Source: Candidatus Nitrospinota bacterium M3_3B_026
GTDB lineage: Bacteria > Nitrospinota_A > UBA7883 > JBPRGF01
NCBI GenBank assembly: GCA_051418015.1
Contig: JBPRGF010000003.1
Location: forward strand, 184,875 to 248,874
DNA length: 64,000 bases
Direction: 5' to 3'
A program made the position numbers and the translations under genes. Positions 37,228 to 46,532 of the stretch are shown piece by piece. The notes beneath the pieces are model-generated. The model did not search any database. It saw only the letters and a program-made list of their open reading frames with translations, and was not told where the DNA came from. How positions within the stretch are numbered: the stretch's first letter is position 1; each line of letters begins with the position of its first letter.

Positions 37228-39645
37228 TCAGTTGATATCGTTATTTTCCGTCTCCGGCCGCCCGGCCGTCAGAAAATGGGCCGCCGCGATGGTCGCGAAC
37301 CGGGCCCAGACGCTGGCGACAACCAGCCACATGAACGGCACAGGGTATTGATGGCGGAAAAATGTCCTGTAAAACCGGACCATCCCCCTGTGTTTGTGCC
37401 AAAGGACGTTTAATGGCCGCTCCCTGCTGCACGTCCCCTTGACGTGGGTGATCTCCACGTCCGGCGCGAACATGATCGCCCAGCCTGCCTTGCGGAACCT
37501 CATGCACCAGTCGAGGTCCTCGCAGTGCATGAAATAGGCCTCGTCCAGCGGGCCGACCTGCTCGAGAGCCTCCCGGCGGACGAACATGAAAGCCCCGGAC
37601 AGCGCTTCTATATACACCGGCTCCGGGGGCAGGGGCTGGTTGACAAGGACAAAGCTTCTGAACCTGGGGTTATTCGGGAACATCTTGTCCAGGTGGAATA
37701 TGCGGGTGAAAGTCCTCCACGGCGTCGGGACCATGCGCCTGCATCCCGCCTGCTCGCTGCCGTCGAGGTTTTTTATCAGGCAACCGGCCATCCCGGCCTC
37801 CGGGCGCGAATCCATGAGCCTCTCCATCCGCTCGATGGTGTCCGGCTCGATCACGCAATCGGGATTCAGGAACAGCATGTATCTCCCGGAGGCGTAAGGC
37901 AGGACTGCGTTGTTCGCCCTGGCGAAACCGAGGTTGGCGTTGTTCCCGATGATCCGCAGCCGCGGGTCCCGGCCGAACCTCTTGCGCAGGTACTGGACAC
38001 TGCCGTCGGTCGACCCATTGTCCGAAACGATCACCTCCACCGCCACGTTCGAACTCAACACGGAACGGACACATTCGGTCAACAGCTCGCCCGCGTTGTA
38101 ATTCACGATAATGACCGACACATCCGTGGCCCGCGCTCCCGGCTTTGGCGCGGAAGCCCCTGCTTCATCCATGGTCTCCACGGCCTGTGCCTCCGCCGGG
38201 AGCGGATCGGCCTCGTCCATCGCCCCGGCGTCCGTCTCGAAGACCCCGCCGTCCAACGCCGCCTGTTTTCTCTCGCGCTCCATCCGCCGGGACAGCCGGG
38301 GCAGAGCGAGCAGGAAGACGAGAAAAAGCGGATACAAGACCAGCGCCGTCCGCGAGACACCATGTAATCGGTTCACAAGGAAAAGGGAGACGGCGACCGC
38401 CAGGACGCCCAGCAACGCGGCCCTCGATATGTCCAGGGCGCCGCGGGCCCGCGGAGCCCTGCCGCTGAACCCGGTCAACTTGTAGACAACGTACTGCGCC
38501 GCCATGACCACGGGCAGGAGGAACAGAAAACGCTCCAGGCCGCCTGTCACCAGAAAATAGTCGTACCGGACGACGGACGCGGCGAGCCAGGCGGCGGGGA
38601 CGGCCAGAAAATCGTAGACGTTCAGCCACGCCGCCCGCGGCGCCTCGTTCCTCATGCGCCGGGTCATATCGTTTATTCCGCTTTCCATCGTGTGCCGGGG
38701 GGACCATCCGAGGGTCTCCATCGTCCCGGCCGGGTTCACCCGCAGGGAGTTTCGTATTTTTTCCATCGCGGCGGAGTTGAACATCGAGGCCCTGCCGGTG
38801 ATCTTCTGGATAGCGTCGCCCGCCTTGCCAGCGAGAGTGAAGAAGGCCCACGGGATCGGCAGGATGACCACACGGCGGCCGAGGGAGTCCGCGATGCGCT
38901 TGACAAGCTCCGCGGTGGAGACATCGCGCCCGTCGTTGACGACGAACGCTCTCCCGGCCGCGGCCGGGTGATCGAGGCATACGGTTATCATATCCACAAG
39001 GTTGCCGACGTAGACGAAGCTCCTCAGGTTTTTCACAGCCGGGACGGGAATGACGCGCCGTGACCTGACGGCCTGGACAAGCCTGCCCATGTTCCCCTTC
39101 ACGCCGGGGCCGTAAACGAGAGGGGGGCGGATTATGACCACCTCCAGCCCCGTCTCGTCCGCCACTTTCCGCAAGGCAAGCTCGGCGTCGCGCTTGCTGG
39201 AGCTGTAATGGTTTTCCGGGTTCATGGGGGACTGCTCGTCGAACGGACTCTCCCTCGGCGTCTCTTCGCCGAGGGTCTTGATGGAGCTTATATATACGAA
39301 GCGCCGGACACCAGCCCTGGCCGCGGCCCTGGCGATCTTTTCTGTAGTCTGGACGTTGACCGCCGCGTAATCCTCCGGCGTCCAGCTCCTTTTCTCGCCC
39401 ACGTCATGCGCCAGCCCGGCCAGGTGGACAACGGCGTCCACGCCGTCGAGGATATCCTCCCACCCGGAGTACGACCGGATATCCCTGACTACTACCTGCT
39501 CCAGGAGGCCATCCCGGTCCTCGGCGGGTGAAAGCCCGGAGGGTTTTCGCAAGACGGCCCGGACGCGGCGCCCGCCCAGGACGAGCTTTCGGACAAGGTG
39601 AGAGCCTATGAAACCGCTGGCGCCCGTCACGAGAATGGTCTTCAT
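37228..39645 (-). CDS. Fusion protein: NAD-dependent epimerase + 4-TM WbpM/CapD-type anchor + GT2 glycosyltransferase
   Basis: One uninterrupted 805-aa frame: TGASGFIG...YSSSK (aa ~1-330), hydrophobic block (aa ~340-455), IIVNYN...DNGSTDGS...LNPD...FMHCEDLDWC (aa ~510-805). Confidence 0.85.
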   Translation of the reverse strand: MKTILVTGASGFIGSHLVRKLVLGGRRVRAVLRKPSGLSPAEDRDGLLEQVVVRDIRSYSGWEDILDGVDAVVHLAGLAHDVGEKRSWTPEDYAAVNVQTTEKIARAAARAGVRRFVYISSIKTLGEETPRESPFDEQSPMNPENHYSSSKRDAELALRKVADETGLEVVIIRPPLVYGPGVKGNMGRLVQAVRSRRVIPVPAVKNLRSFVYVGNLVDMITVCLDHPAAAGRAFVVNDGRDVSTAELVKRIADSLGRRVVILPIPWAFFTLAGKAGDAIQKITGRASMFNSAAMEKIRNSLRVNPAGTMETLGWSPRHTMESGINDMTRRMRNEAPRAAWLNVYDFLAVPAAWLAASVVRYDYFLVTGGLERFLFLLPVVMAAQYVVYKLTGFSGRAPRARGALDISRAALLGVLAVAVSLFLVNRLHGVSRTALVLYPLFLVFLLALPRLSRRMERERKQAALDGGVFETDAGAMDEADPLPAEAQAVETMDEAGASAPKPGARATDVSVIIVNYNAGELLTECVRSVLSSNVAVEVIVSDNGSTDGSVQYLRKRFGRDPRLRIIGNNANLGFARANNAVLPYASGRYMLFLNPDCVIEPDTIERMERLMDSRPEAGMAGCLIKNLDGSEQAGCRRMVPTPWRTFTRIFHLDKMFPNNPRFRSFVLVNQPLPPEPVYIEALSGAFMFVRREALEQVGPLDEAYFMHCEDLDWCMRFRKAGWAIMFAPDVEITHVKGTCSRERPLNVLWHKHRGMVRFYRTFFRHQYPVPFMWLVVASVWARFATIAAAHFLTAGRPETENNDIN

Positions 39646-39798
39646 ATCCGCCGGAATTAGAATTGATTATGGGGCGCGATGGCAATAATATTAACAGAAT
39701 GCGTATTGACTTGCTACAGCCTTGATTCTCCGGCGAACGCTCCATGGCGTGGGGGCCGCGTTTCCCCGGATGAGCGCCTCCGCCGCGAACGGAATATT

Positions 39799-41268
39799 AT
39801 GAGAAAACTCCTCATCGCTTTCCTTGGGCTTGCTATCGCCCACTGCGCCGTGTCCGCGCTGATGTCGCTCGCCGCCCATTCTCCCTTCCTGGCCGCCTAT
39901 CACAACGGGCGCGGCCTATGGAACTTCGCCATGGATTCTTTCACCTACCATGAATACGCCCTGGAGGCGTATGAGCGGCTGAAGGAAAACGGGTTCGCCG
40001 CGTGGCTCCAGGCGCCATCGTTCAGGCATTCGAAATACGTGGGGCTGTTTTATTACCTCATATACCCATCCCCCATCTCCTTCGCCCCCGTGAACGCCGC
40101 CGCGTGGGCGGCTGGAGTCATTCTCGTATATCTGACCGCGATGATGATTTGTAACGGCGACCGCAGGCTGTCCATCATAGCGGCGCTGGTGTTCGGCCTT
40201 TGGCCCTCAAACCTCCTGCACGGGACGCAGCTTCTGCGGGAGCCTTTTTTCAACCTGGGGATAGTGGCGATGCTGTTCGGATGGACCGCCATGCTGTATG
40301 GCCGGCGCGGGGCGGTCTACAGCCTCTCCGCCGCCCTCGGCCTGATCTTCAGCGCGGGCATCCGCCATGAGCCCTTCTGGCTGCTTTTCACGGCCGCGCT
40401 CATCGCCACGGTCATCATCGCCCTGCGCGCGCCGCGCGCGCTCCCTTACGCCGCGCTCTCGCTGGGGCTGGTGGCGGTTTTCCAGGTCTACCCCGCCGCA
40501 GCATACACCTCTGAAGCCGGGACCAGCGTCCACGAGAAAAAGATAGCCGCCGTCAAGGAAAGGATCAGGGCCGATCTCGGCGGCGCGTACACGGCCGGGC
40601 TCGACAGACGGATCACGAGATGGTTCACAGACAAACGGGTTCTGCCGTGGGGCGATTTCGAAACCAGGAGGGAGCGGCTGGAGGCGTTGGCCGAGGAGCA
40701 CGGTGACAAGCTGGACGCCTTTCTGGCCAAATGGATGGCGCCGTGGCGGTATTCCTCGTGGCTGCCCAGGAAGGTGGAGCGGCAGGTGCTGGCCGCCAAC
40801 AGGTACCGGGACGGGTTTCTCGTCTGGTACCTGGAGCCGGGGACGAGCCTGACAGACAGCGGCGTCATGTTCAGGAGCATGGGCGACGTTATCGCCTACG
40901 TCCCGAGGGCCGCGCTGATCGGGTTTTTCGCTCCGTTCCCGAATCAGTGGCTCACGGCGGGAAGGACCGGCGGCGGGGCCATACGCGCCATCGGCGGAGC
41001 GGAGACGCTGGCGCTTTACGCTCTGATGGCGGGTTTTGTTTTTTTTCTCATCAAATCGCCTGCCCCGGCGAGGGTCAAGGCGTGGCTTGTCCTTTTCATG
41101 GTTGTCATGATTTTGCCCCTGGGGCTCTTCGTCCCGAACATCGGCACGCTGTACAGGATGAGGTTTGTTTACACCACGCCGATAATAATAGGAGGGATCC
41201 AGGGCGCCTGGATGGCCGCGGCGTGGGCAGCCCGCCGGTTTTCACAGGATAGCCTCCAGGACGTGTAG
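39799..41268 (+). CDS. Polytopic membrane protein, possible Wzy/GT-C-type polymerase or ligase
   Basis: About 10 TM helices, MDSFTYH in the first loop, LLREPF, a large soluble loop, C-terminal NIGTLYRMR; lies inside the glycan locus. Confidence 0.55.
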   Translation: MRKLLIAFLGLAIAHCAVSALMSLAAHSPFLAAYHNGRGLWNFAMDSFTYHEYALEAYERLKENGFAAWLQAPSFRHSKYVGLFYYLIYPSPISFAPVNAAAWAAGVILVYLTAMMICNGDRRLSIIAALVFGLWPSNLLHGTQLLREPFFNLGIVAMLFGWTAMLYGRRGAVYSLSAALGLIFSAGIRHEPFWLLFTAALIATVIIALRAPRALPYAALSLGLVAVFQVYPAAAYTSEAGTSVHEKKIAAVKERIRADLGGAYTAGLDRRITRWFTDKRVLPWGDFETRRERLEALAEEHGDKLDAFLAKWMAPWRYSSWLPRKVERQVLAANRYRDGFLVWYLEPGTSLTDSGVMFRSMGDVIAYVPRAALIGFFAPFPNQWLTAGRTGGGAIRAIGGAETLALYALMAGFVFFLIKSPAPARVKAWLVLFMVVMILPLGLFVPNIGTLYRMRFVYTTPIIIGGIQGAWMAAAWAARRFSQDSLQDV

Positions 41269-42363
41269 AGTCTTGTCGACCAGCGTTCCGGCGCTGAAGT
41301 TTTCCACGATCCTGCTCCTGGCGGTTTTTTTAAGGGCGTCTCCCTCCTTGTCAAGGCGCCGCAGGAGCGCGTCCCACCCGGCGGCTATCGCGGTGTGGTT
41401 CCCCGGGGCGGCCACGACTCCCGTCCCGCCGACGATATCCGCCGCGTCCCCCACGTCCGTGACCACGCAGGGGACGCCGCAGGCCATGGCCTCCGCCACG
41501 GCGTTGGGGAAGCCCTCGCCGGTGGAGGTCAGCGTCGCGATGTCAAAGCCGTTATAGACCTCCGGCATGTCGGCGGCCTCCCCAAGCCACACCAGCCGAT
41601 CGGCCAACCCAAGCTCCACGGCGCGGCTTTTAAGCTCCCTTGCGAGTTTTTCCGGGCCGCCTCCCGCGAGGACGAAAAGAACGTCGTCTCTCTTCGACAG
41701 CAGCTCCCGCGCCGCCAGCAGAAAGGTCGCGTGATCCTTCATCGGGTCGATCCTGGCGGGAAAGCCGATCACCCTCCGCCCCGGTTCGGCGCCCCATTCG
41801 TCCCTCACGCGCCGCCTGGCTTCGGGGAGTATGTTGAACCTTTCCGTGTCTACCCCGTTGTGGACCACCACTATCCTGCCGGAGGGGAATCCTTTTTCGA
41901 TCAGCAGATCGCGCCCGGCGCGGGAGTTGACTATGATGACGTCCGCGAGCCGCGCCATCCGCGCCTCCAGCCGGTATGACAGCGACGTGAGTGAATCGTA
42001 CTTTGAAAGGTCCACCAGGGAGGAGCGCACGCCCCAGGCTGTCTTCGCCCCGCCCAGGAAGGGCCTGAGCACGGCCGACAGGATGTTGGGCACGGGGAGG
42101 TAGCTGTAAACCACATCGGCCCCGGCGCCGCGCAACGCCCGCGCCAGCCGCCAGGTGAAACGGAAAACGTCCCAGCGCCCCCCCTTGCCGAGAGCCGCCG
42201 CGGGGACGCCCGCCTTTTCGAGATCCGCCTCGAAGCCGCCGCCGTGATAGAACGTGAACACCGCCACTTCATGCCCCGCCGACTTCAGGCCGGACGCCAG
42301 CGCCGCCAGCTGCCGCTCCGCTCCGCCGCGCTGAAGCGACCGGGCCAGGAACGCTATCCTTAT
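41242..42363 (-). CDS. GT4 glycosyltransferase, apparently with an ATA start codon
   Basis: The frame extends upstream of the track's GTG (42267) through RIAFLARSLQRGGAERQL to ATA at 42363, with AGGAGG 5 nt upstream; EGFPNAVAEAMACG motif. Confidence 0.85.
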   Translation of the reverse strand: MRIAFLARSLQRGGAERQLAALASGLKSAGHEVAVFTFYHGGGFEADLEKAGVPAAALGKGGRWDVFRFTWRLARALRGAGADVVYSYLPVPNILSAVLRPFLGGAKTAWGVRSSLVDLSKYDSLTSLSYRLEARMARLADVIIVNSRAGRDLLIEKGFPSGRIVVVHNGVDTERFNILPEARRRVRDEWGAEPGRRVIGFPARIDPMKDHATFLLAARELLSKRDDVLFVLAGGGPEKLARELKSRAVELGLADRLVWLGEAADMPEVYNGFDIATLTSTGEGFPNAVAEAMACGVPCVVTDVGDAADIVGGTGVVAAPGNHTAIAAGWDALLRRLDKEGDALKKTARSRIVENFSAGTLVDKTLHVLEAIL

Positions 42364-43187
42364 TGCTCCCTCCTGAACACGAACTCGTTGCAGCCGTGGT
42401 TTCCCGCGACGGTTTTGAGTTTCAACAGGACGAAACCACTGTCACGGTAAAGCTCGAAAACCTCCTCCGGGGAGGCCACCTCGAAGGGCAGTCCGCCGAT
42501 CCAGTCCCGCACGTCCCGCCAGACGCTCATCCCTCGGCGGCCTTTTCCCTTGTGCCTGTCCATGGGGTTTTGACCCCGCAGGACGTCCATCACAAATCCG
42601 CCGCCGACGAAATACACGGCAAAACCAGCCGTCATCAGCGCTTGTCCCGGCGCGGGCAGCCTGTTGTACAGCCTCTTGACCCGCAGCCACATGGCCGAAA
42701 GACGCGGCTGCTTGTTATAGATGGAGATGAAAAGGAGTCCCCCCTGCCTGACAGGCAGGGCCGCGTTTTCCATGGCGCGCCACATGTCCCCCGTGTGGTG
42801 CAGCACGCCCCAGGAGTAGACGATATCGAAGGAGCCGAGCGCTTTTATGTATTCCTCGTCCAGGGCGGAGCCGCGCTCGATCCGCCAGTCGGCGTCGTCC
42901 AAAAAATATCGCCGTTTGAGTTCCTCGGCGCAGCGGACGGACATGGGGTCATAGTCGAAGGAGACAACCGCCGCCCCGAGGCGCCTGGCGGCGAGGCTGA
43001 ACAGGCCGGAGCCGCTGCCTATGTCCAAAAAAGTCTTTCCGGCGAGGCTTTCGAGGCCGAGATTTTTTACCAGCGAGTTTTCGGCCTCTTTTATCCTCTC
43101 CTCGCTCAGGGCGGACAGAAACCGGCGCCAGTTCTCGCCGAACTCGAACCGCTCCCCCGCCTCGATCTCTCTTTGCGCTTCGCTCAC
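42360..43187 (-). CDS. Class I SAM-dependent methyltransferase
   Basis: RFEFGENW, FLDIGSGSGLFS, FDIVYSWGVLHHTG; GTGA overlap with the upstream gene. Confidence 0.9.
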   Translation of the reverse strand: MSEAQREIEAGERFEFGENWRRFLSALSEERIKEAENSLVKNLGLESLAGKTFLDIGSGSGLFSLAARRLGAAVVSFDYDPMSVRCAEELKRRYFLDDADWRIERGSALDEEYIKALGSFDIVYSWGVLHHTGDMWRAMENAALPVRQGGLLFISIYNKQPRLSAMWLRVKRLYNRLPAPGQALMTAGFAVYFVGGGFVMDVLRGQNPMDRHKGKGRRGMSVWRDVRDWIGGLPFEVASPEEVFELYRDSGFVLLKLKTVAGNHGCNEFVFRREQ

Positions 43188-44332
43188 TCTTTTCGCCCCT
43201 GCCGCGCCGAGGCGGCGTCCAGCAGGTCCTCCCACATCCTCATCACGTTTTCGACTCCGTATCGCTCCACCACGCGCTTCGCCTCTTCGCCAAGCCTTCG
43301 CCGCTCGCCCTCGGCGTCCATCAGGCGCCCCATGGCCTCCGCCAGCGCCTCCTCGTCCTCCGGCGGAACGAGGAGGCCGTCCACGCCGTCGCGTATGACC
43401 TCGCGCGGGCCGGTCATACAGTCGAAGCTTACCACGGCGGCGCCGAGGGCCATCGCCTCCAGCAGGCTTACCGGGAAACCCTCGAAGCGAGAGGACAGCG
43501 CGAATATATCGGCCTGACGAAGATAATCATGAGGGTTTTTCACCAAGCCGGGCATCTTGACCGCGTCTTCCATCCCAAGCTCCGAGGTAAGCTCGGCAAG
43601 CTCCCGGCGCAGCGGCCCCTCGCCCAGGATGACAAGCGACCAGCCGGGGCGGCTCCGCCACGCTTTGGCGAAGGCGCGCAGGAGGATATCGAACCCCTTC
43701 TCGCGCGAGAGCCTGCCCATCGCCATCACAGCCGGGCTTTTTACCATCGGCTCGCGCCCGCCGTGGCTCTCCGCTGGGACGACCACCGGGTTGGGTATTA
43801 CCACGGCCTTCTCGCGAGCGCTTTTTGGGTAGTAGCCCCTCGCCCTCTCGGTGAGCAGCGCCACCCCGTCCGCCAGTGGGTATGTGAGCCTTCTCAAAAA
43901 GTCCCACGCCCGGCCGAGCGGCGCCACCGTCGGCTCGTTGTGCTCGGAAACGATCACAGGAACGCCAAGCCCTCTTGTCGCGAGAATGGTGAGAACGTTT
44001 GTCGTGTCGATGAAGGATATGACCGCATCCGGCGCGCTCTCCTTTATAGCCCCGCGCAGACGCCGGACCCTGCCGATGTTGGCGAAAAGACCCGCGCCGA
44101 CGCCCGCCGAGCCGCCCTGGAGGCCGAGCTTTTTCAGGCTCACCCGCGGATCCAGCTCGTAGAAGGGGGAATCCGCCGACAGCGTGAGCATGGTCACCTC
44201 CACGCCCTCTCGGGCCCAATGGTTGGCGATGACGGACATCACCCGCTCTGCCCCCCCCGGCCCCAGGGAGCTTATGACCAGCGTTATCCGCCCGCGCCAT
44301 CGCGAAGCCGGGGCTTTACGGCCTTCCGCCAT
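43184..44332 (-). CDS. GT4 glycosyltransferase (PglH/PglJ-like)
   Basis: SLGPGGAERV, VSEHN, VIPNP, GRLSREKGFD, SRFEGFPVSLLEAMALG. Confidence 0.92.
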   Translation of the reverse strand: MAEGRKAPASRWRGRITLVISSLGPGGAERVMSVIANHWAREGVEVTMLTLSADSPFYELDPRVSLKKLGLQGGSAGVGAGLFANIGRVRRLRGAIKESAPDAVISFIDTTNVLTILATRGLGVPVIVSEHNEPTVAPLGRAWDFLRRLTYPLADGVALLTERARGYYPKSAREKAVVIPNPVVVPAESHGGREPMVKSPAVMAMGRLSREKGFDILLRAFAKAWRSRPGWSLVILGEGPLRRELAELTSELGMEDAVKMPGLVKNPHDYLRQADIFALSSRFEGFPVSLLEAMALGAAVVSFDCMTGPREVIRDGVDGLLVPPEDEEALAEAMGRLMDAEGERRRLGEEAKRVVERYGVENVMRMWEDLLDAASARQGRKE

Positions 44333-45311
44333 ACCGGAGCGCGTCCCACGCGCCGAGCGCCAGAGGGGTCACCGGCCCGAGGAACGTGAGAAAGTAATGG
44401 ACGCGAGCCCTGGCGTTGCCCGGCTCGAGCCTTATAATCTCCCTCAGCGCCATCCGGGCTTTTTTCATGTTCCCGCTCCTGAGCGCTAGGTATACGACAT
44501 CGCGGTAAAACCCTGCCCTGTCGGGCTCCCGCTCCTCCGGCAGGATTTCTTCGATCGCCGCGCCCTTTTGCAAGTCGTCGATCCCGCCTTCACGCCTTTG
44601 CCGCCAAAGCTTTTTCGCAAGTTGCGCGAAGGCCGATTGCCTGCCGCGATGCTTTATGGAGATCATGTCGAGCGCGAGCCTGTGGCCGTAAAGCGCCTCG
44701 GGGATATTCGCCAGCCTGCTCCGCTCAGAGAGCCGCAGGACAAGGTCGTAGTCCTGCGCGTAGGTGAACGCCTCCCTGTACCCGCCGGCGCTTTCCAGGG
44801 CGCTTCTCCTTGCCATGATGGAGCCGTGGCAGAACTGGTTTGAGATCGGCAGAGCGGCGGCTATCCGGTCAGGGTCGGAGGGCAGCCTTGTTACCCCGAT
44901 GACGTCCCCATCCTCGTCTATGTGCGTCATCCATGATCCCACCAGCGTTATGTCCGGGTTGGCGTCGAGAAAGGCCGCCTGTTTTTCAAAGCGCTCCGGG
45001 GCGGAGACGTCGTCGGCGTCCTGCCGGGCCACGTACTCCCCCTTCGCCATGGAGAGCGCCCTATTCAGGGTCTTCGTAAGGCCGGCGTTCTCCTGCCGCT
45101 TGATTTTCAGCCTGGGGTCGTCGAAGGAGGCCAGTATCCGCGGCGTCGAGTCCGTGGAGCCGTCGTCTATCACTATGAGCTCGAAGTCGCCAAACGTTTG
45201 CCCCAGGACGCTTTCCACCGCCTCGCGCAGGTGGCGTTCGCCGTTGTACACGCCCATTATCACGCTTATTTTCGGGGCGGCGGCGCGCCTGGGCGGCGCC
45301 GTGGGTTTCAC
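44316..45311 (-). CDS. GT2 glycosyltransferase
   Basis: SVIMGVYNGE, IDDGSTD, ARQDADD, AQDYDL. Confidence 0.92.
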   Translation of the reverse strand: MKPTAPPRRAAAPKISVIMGVYNGERHLREAVESVLGQTFGDFELIVIDDGSTDSTPRILASFDDPRLKIKRQENAGLTKTLNRALSMAKGEYVARQDADDVSAPERFEKQAAFLDANPDITLVGSWMTHIDEDGDVIGVTRLPSDPDRIAAALPISNQFCHGSIMARRSALESAGGYREAFTYAQDYDLVLRLSERSRLANIPEALYGHRLALDMISIKHRGRQSAFAQLAKKLWRQRREGGIDDLQKGAAIEEILPEEREPDRAGFYRDVVYLALRSGNMKKARMALREIIRLEPGNARARVHYFLTFLGPVTPLALGAWDALRYGGRP

Positions 45312-46438
45312 CGGTTTCCTGCCAGCTCTTCCAACACCCCGGCCTCCATCTCCGCTATCCGGTCGAGGGAAAAATTTTTAACAGCGTATTCGCGGGCGGC
45401 CCGGCCGACGGTCTCGCGAAGCGATGGGTTCTCCAACAGCTTCTGGATGGACCCGCGGATGCTTTGCGGATCGGTCCCGCACAGCAGACCGTTCTCGCCG
45501 TCGCGGATCAGCTCGCGTATGCCGGGGGATTCCGCGCCGACCACGGCCAGGCCGCAGGCCATGGCCTCGATAAGCGCCTTAGGGTGCCCCTCGAAGAACG
45601 ACGGCAGAACGAATATGGACGCCTCGTTCAGCAGGGCGGGAAGTTTTTTGTGGGGCGCGCTCCCGATCCATGCCACGCGCCCGCCCAGATTGCCGAACCG
45701 CTCCCTGAGATCATTTGTGAGCGAGCCTGATCCAACAATCGTGAGCCTTGCGTCCAGCGGCTCCACCGCCTCGAGCAACGCGGCGACGTTTTTCTGTTTT
45801 TCAAGCCGCCCGACGAAGATCAGCCGAGCCTCGTCTTTTACCGCGCCGTCCGGTTTGAAAAGCTCCGTGTCCACGTAGTTCGGTATGACGATGGTCTTGT
45901 CCCGCGCCGCCGAAACACGCCGCGTTACGCTGTCTTTCATCGCCCCGGTCGTGACGACAACCCGGTCAGCCGCGGTGAAAATCTTTGACTCCACCGCCAG
46001 GGCCGCGGCGGCCTCTTTCGACTTTTCGCCGTGGATTTTCCCGGCGAACTCAGACCACATGTAGCCGCAACGGGCGATGAGAGGTTTTCGCCACACCCGC
46101 GCCGCGAGCATGGCCGCGCGCGCGCCGTTCGTCTGGTTTGTCTTGATGACATCCGTTTTCCGCAGCCAGCCCGCGTGAAGCGCCGGGATCAGGCGCTCAT
46201 AAACCGGCAAGGGGAGGCGCCATGCGTTCGGCATGATCTTCACGCCCGGCATCCTGCGGGAGTATTGAAGCTCGTCCTGTCCGCCATAGGTGACGAACCC
46301 GACCTTCATTCCCTTTTCGATCAGGCGCAGGTAGATCGCCGCCTCTCGGTCGAGGTTTCCCGTTCTGTTCCACAATTCCAGGGAGGCGCCGCGGCTGAAA
46401 AAGAGAGTGAGAGTTTTTCCTGAGAGGCTGGAGGTCAT
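45308..46438 (-). CDS. GT4 glycosyltransferase
   Basis: VIPNYVDTELF, FVGRLEKQKN, PSFFEGHPKALIEAMACG. Confidence 0.9.
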   Translation of the reverse strand: MTSSLSGKTLTLFFSRGASLELWNRTGNLDREAAIYLRLIEKGMKVGFVTYGGQDELQYSRRMPGVKIMPNAWRLPLPVYERLIPALHAGWLRKTDVIKTNQTNGARAAMLAARVWRKPLIARCGYMWSEFAGKIHGEKSKEAAAALAVESKIFTAADRVVVTTGAMKDSVTRRVSAARDKTIVIPNYVDTELFKPDGAVKDEARLIFVGRLEKQKNVAALLEAVEPLDARLTIVGSGSLTNDLRERFGNLGGRVAWIGSAPHKKLPALLNEASIFVLPSFFEGHPKALIEAMACGLAVVGAESPGIRELIRDGENGLLCGTDPQSIRGSIQKLLENPSLRETVGRAAREYAVKNFSLDRIAEMEAGVLEELAGNR

Positions 46439-46532
46439 CGCGCCCCACCCCCGATGCGCGCGAAAAGTGGCGCTTTTTCGAATGGACGGCCCCGGCGCAA
46501 CCGCCCACGCGACGCCCGCGCTCCTTCGCCTT

